From Octopus sinensis (taxonomy: Eukaryota): a stretch of 64,000 bases of DNA. Below the pieces are notes generated by a model. That model did no database searches, had not been told where the DNA came from, and saw nothing but the letters and a program-made list of their open reading frames with translations. Where the stretch lies: contig NC_042999.1 of NCBI RefSeq assembly GCF_006345805.1, positions 153,388,001 to 153,452,000 on the forward strand, written 5' to 3'. The position numbers and the translations under genes were made by a program. Below, piece after piece: positions 26,952-37,900 of the stretch (its first letter is position 1; every line of letters begins with the position of its first letter).

Positions 26952-27278
26952 TTAAGGATGTTTGTCTTGTTGACTGACTTCAGCGGAAAATTGGCCTTTG
27001 CTGACTGTCAGCTTTAAACGCAAATCTTCTGGTAGTGGTTCTCCATTCTCGGCTTTCTTTGCAAGAATCATGGCTTTAAGAAGTGGCGGGAATTCCATTG
27101 TCAGTGGCACAGTTCGGGTCTCTCGTACATCTGTTGCAGTTAACTTGCAGAATTCTTCCTCTTCCTCTTTCGGAATTAATCGCCAATCAGCTTTGTGACA
27201 GGCATTGATTCCGCAAGGATGGGGATATTCTTTGCCGCGGAAAACTTTGATACCCTTGGCGATTCCTGTTCGGCGTTG
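26952..27278 (-). CDS. MRPS34: Mitochondrial ribosomal protein S34, coding exon 2 (108 codons + stop)
   Basis: Pyrimidine-rich tract and CAG acceptor (plus strand ctg 27279-27281), phase 0, in frame with exon 1; translation contains GIKVFRGK, DWRLIPKEEEEEF and FPPLLKAMILA, recognisable MRPS34 motifs (human DWRLVPKHEEEAF, YPPLLRAMIIA). Spliced protein 170 aa. Confidence 0.93.
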   Translation of the reverse strand, partial: QRRTGIAKGIKVFRGKEYPHPCGINACHKADWRLIPKEEEEEFCKLTATDVRETRTVPLTMEFPPLLKAMILAKKAENGEPLPEDLRLKLTVSKGQFSAEVSQQDKHP

Positions 27279-28262
27279 CTGGATATGAACAAATAAAAAT
27301 AGGAACTTTATGAATAAAAGAAGAAAAAAAATAAAGGAAAATAGTTTATTCATCTGGGCATAAACATTGCCATATGGTCGGGAAGAAGTTTGCTGCCCAA
27401 CTCAACAGGTCTTGAGTTTATTGCCATTGTGTGGCGCCTTGGGCATGTGTCTTCTACTATAACCCCAAGCTGACCTAAGCCGTGAGTGGATTTGGTAAAC
27501 AGAAACTGTACTGAAGCCTGCCATGTGTGTGGTTGTCCTCCACTGATGCTTGACAACCGGTGTTGGCTTGTGTATGTTCCAGTAACATTAGCAGTTTGGC
27601 AAAAGACACTAACAAAAGAAAGTCCCAGACTTCAAAATAAGTACAGGGGTCAATTTGTTTGAATAAACCCTTTAAGGTGGTGCCCCAGCATGGCCAGAGT
27701 CAATTAATGGAAATATGTAAAACCTGAACAAACTTCAGGGAATTTTTCCTTTATTAGTGCAGCCTTCCCCATTCTGCACCATGTCTTATGCGACCCGCTT
27801 CTGCAGTTATTCTCTATCCGGATTACAAGTTCAGGCTTATACCTGTAATTATTGAGGTCCTGGGAGGTATCGAAGCGTTTGAGTGACATTAGACCCCAAC
27901 AAACACCCTTAAATTGAATGCATCGATCTGGGAAACACTCGTGGCCTGTCGACCTGTGCCTGACGGCCACGATCGTGGCCTGTCGTGTTTTGTGTTAATA
28001 TTCTTTAGACTACACGTGGAATTACAGAATGCTTTAAAGAAAAATTTCTAGGGTGTGCTGTTTAGACCTAAAACAGTAATTAACTCACTTTAATTCATTT
28101 TAGTAACATGGGTGAAGAATATAACACCTTTGGCGGAGGTAAAGAATACGTACACCACCCGTTTTCGGCGTAACAAAAACCCTAACCTGGCATTCTTTCG
28201 ATATAACTCGACAAAAACAAAACATTTCACTTCGGGTATTTCTGTGGGTTGTAGATTATAGA

Positions 28263-28644
28263 AGGAGGCGCAATGGCTCAGTGGTTAGAGCAGTGGACTC
28301 GCGGTCGTAGGATCGTGGTTTCGATTCCCAGACCGGGCGTTGTGAGTGTTTATTGAGCGAAAACACCTAAAGCTCCACGAGGCTCCGGCAGGGATGGTGG
28401 TGATCCCTGCTGTACTCTTTCACCACAACTCTCTCTCACTCTTACTTCCTGTTTCTGTTGTACCTGTATTTCAAAGGGCCAGCCTTGTCACTCTCTGTGT
28501 CACGCTGAATATCCCCGAGAACTACGTTAAGGGTACACGTGTCTGTGGAGTGCTCAGCCACTTACACGTTAATTTCACGAGCAGGCTGTTCCGTTGATTC
28601 GGATCAACCGGAACCCTCGTCGTCGTAACCGACGGAGTGCTTCC
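28263..28644 (+). mobile_element. tRNA-derived SINE family C with 10-bp TSD
   Basis: GGAGGCGCAATGGCTCAGTGGTTAGAGC..GTTTCGATTCCC head; TSD AGATTATAGA at 28253-28262 and 28645-28654; near-identical to 35246-35615. Confidence 0.9.
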
Positions 28645-28716
28645 AGATTATAGATATAACGAAATTATGCCAGCAATGTCTCATTTTAAACTAGAAGATA
28701 AAAAAGCCTTGCATAT

Positions 28717-28985
28717 TTGTTCTTACCTGTTTCCGAAAAGATCTATCTACGACGATTTCATCTCAATCGAAGGAGAGGGGCTTTCTCCGTCCGGGTTGCG
28801 GATCCGTGGAATAATCTGCCGGACGAGATAGTGAAAAAGCCGACGACCGCTCGGTTCAAAGTCTCTCTTGACCAGAAATGGCCTGAACTCTTTGTATGAA
28901 CACCCTCCCTGTACATAACTCCATGTCCCCCTACATGGCCTTGCTTTTTGCTTTTTGAGCCAATAAAATTAAATTGAAATTAAAA
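28717..28985 (+). mobile_element. 3' end of a CR1-group LINE
   Basis: RRGAFSVRVADPWNNLPDEIV...ARFKVSLD matches the CR1 C-terminal FS.RV...WN.LP..VV....FK..LD pattern, followed by a short UTR with AATAAA and a (TTAAA)-like tail. Confidence 0.75.
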
Positions 28986-29555
28986 TCCGCAAATCTCCAA
29001 GCAGTAAAACAAAATCGAACTGTCAATTGCTTGCACGAAAATACCCGAAGTGAAATGTTTTGATTTTGCCGAGTTATATCGAAAGAATGTCCTTAACCTT
29101 AACCGTAATCCTAACCCCTAAACACCGGGTGTACGTATTCTTTACTTTCGCCAACATGTTTTTACGTGATCCTTTCTGTTTTGTATCACAGATTATTGTT
29201 TAGCAATGTATTCGACAACTTTATATAAAATATCACCTATAAACAATAAAAATAACATAATTTAGAAATTCGTAGACATTAGGGGCCAGTCCAGCATATA
29301 GATGCACTGGGGGTCCCTTCTCCTTTGTATCGAAGGTCATTGTTAATGTTCAAGGGTTCGTTGCTATTTCTAGCAACTCGAACGACCACGTATTATCTCA
29401 CCCTTCGTTGTATCGTAAAATACATACCTAAAGGCCGAAATAAAAGTTAGATTGATCATTAATTACATTATAATTAATAAAGTAAATTACAAAAGTGTAT
29501 AATTCTTCCCCAAATTAAATAAACAGTAAATGAAGGATATAATTAATGAACTTAC

Positions 29556-29741
29556 GCTGTCGCAAAAGTTGGGTTGCACTTCGGTCAATCGATAATAGCT
29601 TTTCTCAGGATATCTGTTTAAGAAGCTGTGTCGGACAACCACACGTCCCACACCATTATTTTTAAGGTTCGTTAATAGAGAAAACAGGGTTTTCCCAGAC
29701 CAGTCTAAATTGACTTTTCCGATCCGGCGAATGAGTCGCAT
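29556..29741 (-). CDS. MRPS34: Mitochondrial ribosomal protein S34, coding exon 1 (62 codons)
   Basis: ATG at 29741; MRLIRRIGKVNLDWSGKTLFSLLTNLKNNGVGRVVVRHSFLNRYPEKSYYRLTEVQP matches the MRPS34 N-terminal pattern (GKTL..L.NL.N.GVGR.V.R.....YPE..Y.RLT.V.P); GTAAG donor directly after 29556 (plus strand cttac 29551-29555), phase 0. Confidence 0.93.
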
Positions 29742-29798
29742 TTTGACCTCGCTTGTAAGCTAGTTACCTCCCTTGCAGAAAGAGGTTCCTATTACTTT

Positions 29799-29814
29799 CG
29801 CTAGATGGCAGCAC
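29799..29814 (+). promoter_or_regulatory. CTCF-like motif (also YY1-like AGATGGC core) just upstream of MRPS34
   Basis: CGCTAGATGGCAGCAC about 60 bp upstream of the ATG, resembling the CTCF core C(A/G)CTAGATGGC(A/G)GCA. Confidence 0.4.
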
Positions 29815-30423
29815 TAGTTCCACATAGTTACTTCACCCTTACGATTGTTCTTCGCATTTCTTTTCAAGAATTATTTCCCTTTAATCACTTAGGCACTGTT
29901 TGTTCACACACACACACACGCACACACACATACATCCACGCGCTCACAAATGCACACACAAACACACACACAGACACACACACGGAAACACACGCTCACA
30001 CACACACAAAGACACACATATACACACACGCACACACACACACATACACACGGAAACACACACATATGCACACGCACACAGACACGGAAACACATACACA
30101 CACACATACACGCACGCTCATACAATAAATTATATAGTTACAGTATTTGTTTCCTCTTAATAAAGATGAATTAAAATAATTACAAATATCTTTCTTTGAA
30201 TACAAAATATTTTTCGAGCGAATATTTTCAATACGAAATTAGAAAAAAAATGTACTTTGTGTTTAGAAATACAGAGAACTGCTTATTAAGCACACACTGC
30301 AATGTGTGTGTGTGTGATCACAACTGTCCGATGAACGGTAACGTGAAGCAGTTTATAAAGAATTTTTCGGCTTTAATAAAAGTGTATATATATATATATA
30401 TATATGTGTGTGTATGTGTGTGT

Positions 30424-30464
<41 letters not shown>

Positions 30465-30754
30465 CATACATACATACATGCAGGCATGGCTGTGTGGTAA
30501 GAAGCTTGCTTCCCAACCACATGGTTCCGGGTTCAGTCCCACTGCGTGGCACCTTGCGCAAGCGTATTCTACAAGAGCCTCGGGCCGACCAAAGCCTTGG
30601 GAGTGGATTTGGTAGACAGAAACTGAAAGAAGCCTGTCGTATATATATATATCGGAGAAAACACATAAATGTGAAACAAGGTGGAAAAAGAGTACTCAAA
30701 TACCAGGGGTAGAGTAATATGCTTTATTTAAAAGCAGCAGAAATTCAACAAGAC

Positions 30755-30792
30755 CTGTTACTCGGAGTTTCACGTTCCTGTTCGTCGGACAG
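30755..30792 (-). ncRNA. Minimal type I hammerhead-like motif (CCGACGA variant), probably in a Penelope-like element terminal repeat
   Basis: Minus strand: CUGU-CCGACGA-ACAGGAACGU-GAAA-CUCCGAG-UA/ACAG; followed by AATAAA about 30 nt downstream. A decayed sister copy lies at 30324-30348 (+). Confidence 0.6.
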
Positions 30793-30803
30793 TTTTGTTA
30801 ATA

Positions 30804-31199
30804 TCTTTATATATAAAAGTGAAGTTGTGTGTCTGTCTCCTACGATTTAGATTCCTAACTACTCCCACATTTTGCGGTGCAGTTTAACCAAAACCGGGTA
30901 TCTTATAGTCGTGATTCATATCGAGCCCTTCTGGGTATTAGCGCGCGTCTACGATGAGTCTATGATTAAAAAAAAAAATTACCATCATTTTTTTCCATTT
31001 TAATGCATTTTTTCGCTATTATATAAGGGATGTAACTCTCTAAAAATGTCTACGATGAGTCAACGATTTAAAAAAAATTTACCATCATTTTTTTTCCATT
31101 TTTAATGCATTTTTTTGCTATTTTTTGGCTATAACTCTCTAAAAATGCTTATATAGTTATTTCCCTTACAAAGCTGAGCAACGCCGGGCGATACTGCTA

Positions 31200-31200
<1 letters not shown>
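30804..31200 (+). mobile_element. Non-autonomous Helitron
   Basis: Starts TCTTTATATATAAAAG after an A, ends GAGCAACGCCGGGCGATACTGCTAG before a T (TC...CTAG, A/T insertion, no TSD); internal ~110-bp tandem duplication. Confidence 0.85.
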
Positions 31201-31241
<41 letters not shown>

Positions 31242-31357
31242 TATATAGAAGGAGCTTCTACAGGACTAGAACTGTTTCATTCAAGAGAAATTAATTTTAC
31301 TCTGCTATGTATTGAGTACCTTATTTACTGTGGTTAACCCCGAATCAACCCGGGACC

Positions 31358-31405
<48 letters not shown>

Positions 31406-32753
31406 GTATCTGTATTTGTCTCCCCCCCATTCATTGACAACCGATATTGGCTTGTTTACATCCCCGTAACAGTTTCTCTTCTCTATCCCAAATTGTTATA
31501 AGACAACGATAGAATAAGTTCTGGGGTAAATTTGTTCGACTAAAAGCGATGCTCAAACATGGCTACAGTTAAATGACTGACAAATAAATAACAAAAGAAT
31601 ATATATATATATGCCGGTGCCACGCAAAAGCACCTGAGCCGGTGCCAATACGACCAACCGTGCTAGTGCTCGGAAAAAAGCGGGCAGTACACTCTGTAAA
31701 GAAACCACGTAGAAACCACGCAGAAATAGATAATTGAAACCTGACCAGCTCCTGTCAAACCGTCCAACTCATAGCAGCATGGAAAACGGACGACATATGA
31801 TGATGATGATGTATTATGTAGGTATGTATGTACGTACGTATGTATGTGTGTATGTATGTGTGTATGTATGTATGTATGTATCATCATCATCATCATCATC
31901 ATCGTCGTTTAACGTCCGTTTTCCATGCTAGCATGGGTTGGACGGTTCGACCGGGGATCTGGGAAGCCAGAAGGCTGCACCAGGCTCCAGTCTTATCTGG
32001 CAAGTGTTTCTACAGCTGGATGCCCTTCCTAACGCCAACCACTCCGTGAGTGTAGTGGGTGCTTTTTACGTGCCACCCGCACAGGTGCCGGGCGAGGCTG
32101 GCAACGGCCACGGTCGGATTGGTGCATTTTGTATGTATGTATGTATGTATGTATGTATTTATGTATGTATGTATGCATGTATGTATGTATGTATGTATGT
32201 ATGTATTTATGTATGTATGTATGCATGTATGTATGTATGTATGTATGCATGTATGTATGTGTGCGTGTGTATGTATGCATTCATGCATGTATGTATGCAT
32301 GTATGTATGTGTGCGTGTGTATGTATGCATTTATGCATGTATGTATGTATGCATGTATGTATGTGTGTGTCTGTATGCATGTATGTATGTCCTGCTATGA
32401 CTTTAAACTCCATCTAGCAGAGGAGACTTGTTTGGGAGTTCCAGGGATTTGAGGAATGAGGAACCACTTCTTAACTACTCTGGTTTTCAGGTTCACCTTT
32501 AACCGAGGCAGCAGCAAATGTCAGAGTCCAAACTACGGTTTAACTAGCTTATAAAATGACATTCCATCTGCGTGCGATGATACAGAAACTACCCTTCATT
32601 GGTGAAAAGGTGCGCAGTAAAGCTTTAATAGGCGAGGGATCCTTTCCAGTTTCCACAGCATCCTTCGAGGAAAGGGTCATCCTGATATGAAACCTGTGGT
32701 TTTACATGGTTACTGGTAATCTCTTTGGCCTGTCATTAGGTACTAATCACGGA

Positions 32754-32983
32754 AGGCGGCGAGCTGGTAGAAACGTTAGCACGCCGGGCGAAATGCTTAG
32801 CTGTATTTCGTCTGCCGCTACGTTCTGAGTTCAAATTCCGCCGAGGTCGACTTTGCCTTTCATCCTTTCGGGGTCGATTAAATAAGTACCTGTTACGCAC
32901 TGGGGTCGATGTAATCGACTTAATCCGTTTATCTGTCCTTGTTTGTCTTCTCTGTGTTTAGCCCCTTGTGGGTAGTAAAGAAA
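32754..32983 (+). mobile_element. SINE family B with 17-bp TSD
   Basis: TSD TAGGTACTAATCACGGA at 32737-32753 and 32984-33000. Confidence 0.92.
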
Positions 32984-33159
32984 TAGGTACTAATCACGGA
33001 GGCTCAGAGAGAGGTACCTGAGTTGTACAAGAGTTTATTACTTTTATCCAATGAAGTATGGGTGTCTCTTTATGGTGACCTCATTTGTTATTCCATCTCT
33101 TGAAGGTCCTTCCTATGATGAACAAAGTGCGGTGATGATTGCGGACGTAACCAGTTGGA

Positions 33160-33619
33160 CAGTTACAACTTTCGCTCGTCACGACAGACAGTCAGTTACA
33201 ACTTTCGCTCGTCACGACAGACAGACAGTTACAACTTTCGCTCGTCACGACAGACAGACAGTTACAACTTTCGCTCGTCACGACAGACAGACAGACAGAC
33301 AGTTACAACTTTCGCTCGTCACGACAGACAGTCAGTTACAACTTTCGCTCGTCACGACTGACAGTCAGTTACAACTTTCGCTCGTCACGACAGACAGTCA
33401 GTTACAACTTTCGCTCGTCACGACAGACAGTCAGTTACAACTTTCGCTCGTCACGACAAACAGTCAGTTACAACTTTCGCTCGTCACGACAGACAGTCAG
33501 TTACAACTTTCGCTCGTCACGACAGACAGACAGTTACAACTTTCGCTCGTCACGACTGACAGTCAGTTACAACTTTCGCTCGTCACGACAGACAGACAGT
33601 TACAACTTTCGCTCGTCAC
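33160..33619. repeat. 33-bp minisatellite, 14 copies
   Basis: Invariant CAGTTACAACTTTCGCTCGTCAC at a 33-bp period (one 41-bp unit), joined by GACAGACAGT-type linkers. Confidence 0.95.
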
Positions 33620-34041
33620 CTATACTTCAAGCCATGCAGATCTGCAACGGAGCTGAATAGTCATCTGAGAGGTCACGGACGGAATGTTAGAAACGGCATT
33701 GACAACAAGGAAGCACAAAAATACGGTAAAAGTCTGTGAAAATGGAGCAATCACCAGCCCCCATGCATATACGCATGCGCATGTCTTTGTATTTGTGTTT
33801 GTTTCCCATCACCAGTCGACAATCAGTTAGCAATCAGTGTTGGTTTGAATGCAAGAGATGTACAGCATAGACAACACGTCTTAGTGCTCAAAGGAATTTG
33901 AATTTAAACTCTGCACTCTTCTTCCAGGACTGGGTCCCCGGCGCCAAGAGTGGTTACAAAAGAAATCCAAGACAGGCTGATATGGAGACAGTGATGCAGA
34001 TAAATACAATTGGGCTTGACATATATATACATATATATTTT

Positions 34042-34445
34042 CGTGGTAAGTAGCTTGCTAACCAACAACATGGTTGCGGGTTCAGTCCCACTGCGTGGCA
34101 TCTTGGGCAAGTGTCTTCTGCTATAGCCCCGGGCCGACCAATGCCTTGTGAGTGGATTTGGTAGACGGAAACTGAAAGAAGCCTGTCGTATATATGTATA
34201 TATATATATATGTGTGTGTGTGTGTTTGTGTGTCTGTGTTTGTCCCCCTAGCATTGCTTGACAACCGATGCTGGTGTGTTTACGTCCCCGTCACTTAGCG
34301 GTTCGGCAAAAGAGACCGATTGAATAAGTACTGGGCTTACAAAAAGAATAAGTCCCGGGGTCGATTTGATCGACTAAAGGCGGTGCTCCAGCATGGCCAC
34401 AGTCAAATGACTGAAACAAGTAAAAGAGTAAAAGAGTAAAAAGAG
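34042..34445 (+). mobile_element. SINE family A
   Basis: Slightly 5'-truncated copy with (GAGTAAAA)n tail. Confidence 0.9.
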
Positions 34446-34842
34446 TATTGTCTGAATACGTGTATATCTGCGTGAGTGCGCGCGCGCGGTGTGTATGTGT
34501 GCGTGCGTGCGTGTGTGCATGTGCGTGCGTGCGTTAGTACGTGCTGTGTGTTTGTGCGTGAGTGCATGCGTGTGTGTGTGTGCATGTGCGTGCGTGTGCA
34601 TGCATGCATGTGTGTGTGTGTGCGTGTATGTGTGTGCGTGTGCGTGCGTGTGTGCGTGTGTGTGGGCGTGCGTTTGTACGTGCATGTGTGTTTGTGGGTG
34701 AGTGCATGCGTGCGTGTGTGTGCGCGTGTGTGTGCGTGCATGTGTGTGTGTGTGTACGTGCGTGAGTGTGTGCGCGTGCTTGTGTGTACGTGCATGCGCG
34801 TATGTGCGAGTGTGCATGTGTGCGTGTGTATGTATGTGTTTA

Positions 34843-34891
<49 letters not shown>

Positions 34892-35245
34892 TATTGTATT
34901 ATATTGCATCAGACTCTTGCCATTTCGAATAAATGACGTTTCGTCAGGATGAGCCGTCCACAGCCACTCCATGGTCTTAGTTCGATGAAGAAATTCATTC
35001 CTGCCAAGGATTTGCAGCTCCGGTTGTAAACGTTGCATTAACGATCTCTATTATCTGTGGGTAGAATAAACAATGGATCTACACTGGGCTCTTCCTCCTT
35101 CAGGAGGTTCTGGTTGCCTCAATGTCGGTGAGGGCTCAGTAGCAAGGGCTTCTGCACTGGTTTCTATTCAGAGATTCTGGTTCCCGTTTCGTCGGGTTTA
35201 TTTTGCAGGTTTTTCAAGTAGGTCTTTAAGAGTATGTAGGAATGT

Positions 35246-35615
35246 TGGAAGCACTCCGTCGGTTACGACGACGAGGGTTCCGGTTGATCCGATCAACGGA
35301 ACAGCCTGCTCATGAAATTAACGTGTAAGTGGCTGAGCACTCCACAGACACGTGTACCCTTAACGTAGTTCTCGGGGATATTCAGCGTGACACAGAGAGT
35401 GACAAGGCCGGCCCTTTGAAATACAGGTACAACAGAAACAGGAAGAAAGAGTGAGAGAAAGTTGTGGCGAAAGAGTACAGCAGGGATCACCACCATCCCC
35501 TGTCGGAGCCTCGCGGAGCTTTAGGTGTTTTCGCTCAATAAACACTCACAACGCCCGGTCTGGGAATCGAAACCGCGAGTCCGCTGCCCTAACCACTGGG
35601 CCATTGCGCCTCCAC
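35246..35615 (-). mobile_element. SINE family C with 12-bp TSD
   Basis: TSD ATGTAGGAATGT at 35234-35245 and 35616-35627. Confidence 0.9.
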
Positions 35616-35799
35616 ATGTAGGAATGTATGCGAGCATCAACATGTCTGGTTTTATTGCTCACTCTACAGTATTAAAAGTGAGGCCGAGATCAATATTGAT
35701 CTGTTTAGTCAATATGATGGAGAATTAGAATGGAGAATAATGTAAACTAGTTCACCTCCCCACCACCGCAGCATTAATATCTTTACTGTTCCCGTCATC

Positions 35800-37140
35800 G
35801 TCACCACCACCACCATCACATCTCCACCAGCAACAGCATCACCACTGCCACCCACGCCACCACCGACACCTCACCGGCGTCACTACCACCACCACCACCA
35901 CCACCATCACCACCACCAACACCACCACCACCACCACCAGCAACAGCATCACCACTGCCACCCACGCCACCACCGACACCTCACCGGCGTCACTACCACC
36001 ACCACCACCACCACCATCACCACCACCACCACCACCACCACCACCACCAGCAACAGCATCACCACTGCCACCCACGCCACCACCGACACCTCACCGGCGT
36101 CACTACCACCACCACCACCACCACCATCACCACCACCAACACCACCACCACCAACAGCAAAACCACCACCACCACCAGCAACAGCATCACCACTGCCCAC
36201 CACACGCCACCACCGACACCTCACCGGCGTCACTACCACCACCACCCACCACCACCACCATCCACCACCACCAACACCACCACCACCACCAACAGCAAAA
36301 CCACCACACCAGCAACAACATCACCACTGCCACCCACGCCACACCGACACCTCACCGGCGTCACTACCACCACCACCACCACCACACCATCACCACCACC
36401 AACAACCACCACCACCACCAACAGCAAAACCACCACCAGCAACAGCATCAACCACTGCCACCCACGCACCACCGACACCTCACCGCGTCACTACCACCAC
36501 CACCACCACCAACCACCATCACCACCACCAACACCACCACCAACACCAACAGCAAAACCACCACCACCAGCAACAGCATCACCACTGCCACCCACGCCAC
36601 CACCGACACCTCACCGGCGTCACTACCACCACCACCACCACCACCACCATCACCACCACCAACACCACCACCAACACCAACAGCAAAACCACCACCACCA
36701 GCAACAGCATCACCACTGCCACCCACGCCACCACCGACACCTCACCGGCGTCACTACCACCATCACCACCACCACCATCACCACCACCAACACCACCACC
36801 AACACCACCACCACCACCACCAACACCACCACCACATCTTCACCAGCAACAACATCACCACTGCCACCCACGCCACCACCGACACCTCACCGGCGTCACT
36901 ACCACCATCACCACCACCACCATCACCACCACCAACACCACCACCAACACCACCACCAACACCAACAGCAAAACCACCACCACCAGCAACAACATCACCA
37001 CTGCCACCGACACCTCACCGAAGTCACCACTACCACCACCACCAGCAACAACATCATCACTGTCACCACCGTGCCACCATCGGCATCACCACTACCACCA
37101 CCACCACCACCATCAAACCCACCACAACTACCACCATTAT
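35800..37140. repeat. Higher-order (ACC)n-derived minisatellite, about 10 units of ~110-145 bp
   Basis: Recurrent block ACCACTGCCACCCACGCCACCACCGACACCTCACCGGCGTCACTACC separated by variable (CAC/CAA)n. Confidence 0.9.
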
Positions 37141-37809
37141 TATTATCACCTCTGCAACATATAACACCACCACCACTATTATCCATATTTTGTGGAAGAC
37201 TGATAGCTGCTCATATGTTGCAAGTCTTCCATTTCTGTGCCACTGACATAATCCAAAAGAAGACCAAGCTCGGTACTGCCTGGCACCAATCATTGCAAGA
37301 ACCACCATTATAACGCAAAGAACTACAACAGACACTGCCAAACACCCGGCGAGTATTCAAAAGGAAATTTGGCAGGATGGTCATTCGCCCGCTGACATTC
37401 GTTGACGCTGGATCGGAGAAACCAAAGAATAAAAGGCCAAAGAAAACAGAAAAAAACCCCACTCAACACTAGAGCTGAAAGCACCTCCGAAAGTGGGGGT
37501 GAGAGTGCCACCTCGAAAACGGCTGAGGAGTAGGGGCCGAAACCGGACGTAGTTCCTCCTGATGATGTCCTTAACCATTGGATCTTATAAAGGAGCTGTT
37601 GCAGTAGTGAACCTCGAAACGTGGTTGGAATTTTCTCCTAACCTTCCTATAAAAGTTCTCCGAAATGCGATGGATGCTTGAGTTTGAAATTTCTATCTCA
37701 CAACTTGCTTGCCGCACTTTTTTTTTCTTGAATTATAGCAATACGTTTCAAGTGCGCTTTCCTATTTTGTGGGGCTCGCCGATTTAGAGGTAAGACTGAA
37801 ATAGATGTG

Positions 37810-37900
37810 TAGTGACGCCATCTTGGAAATCTCCAGCACGCATGCGCAGAGTTGGAATCTTCCGGAAGGCCTGCCGGATGTTCCCTCATGCGCATGCGCA
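37810..37900. promoter_or_regulatory. Housekeeping-type promoter motif cluster without an obvious gene
   Basis: TGACGCCATCTTG (half-CRE plus YY1) 37813-37825, CACGCATGCGCA 37837-37848, CCGGAAG and CCGGATG (ETS) near 37862 and 37874, perfect NRF1 palindrome TGCGCATGCGCA 37889-37900, in CpG-rich DNA. Confidence 0.45.

Larger units (their letters stand above)
28132..29152. mobile_element. Long-TIR non-autonomous DNA element in the MRPS34 intron, carrying nested insertions
   Basis: TIRs GGCGGAGGTAAAGAATACGTACACC / GGTGTACGTATTCTTTACTTTCGCC plus a second inverted block (CATTCTTTCGATATAACTCG..CATTTCACTTCGGGTATTT); degenerate 9-bp TSD AACACCTTT/AACATGTTT. Confidence 0.75.

Noticed and set aside
28263-28340. 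tRNA-like heads (also 9075, 4618, 35615 and a decayed one at 7370-7435)
   Set aside because: No complete cloverleaf; they continue into SINE bodies with TSDs, so not tRNA genes.
33160-33619. CRISPR-like repeat/spacer array and 201-aa ORF 33051-33656
   Set aside because: Linkers are only about 10 bp and nearly identical, no cas genes, eukaryotic context; the ORF is a by-product of the 33-bp period.
35839-36726. Gly/Val-rich ORFs resembling cuticle or sucker-ring proteins
   Set aside because: Frames break repeatedly, no splice or signal-peptide context; explained by the (GGT)n minisatellite.
37523-37552. CTGAGGA...GAAACCGGAC hammerhead-like string
   Set aside because: Lacks the U of the NUH triplet and stems I and II do not pair.
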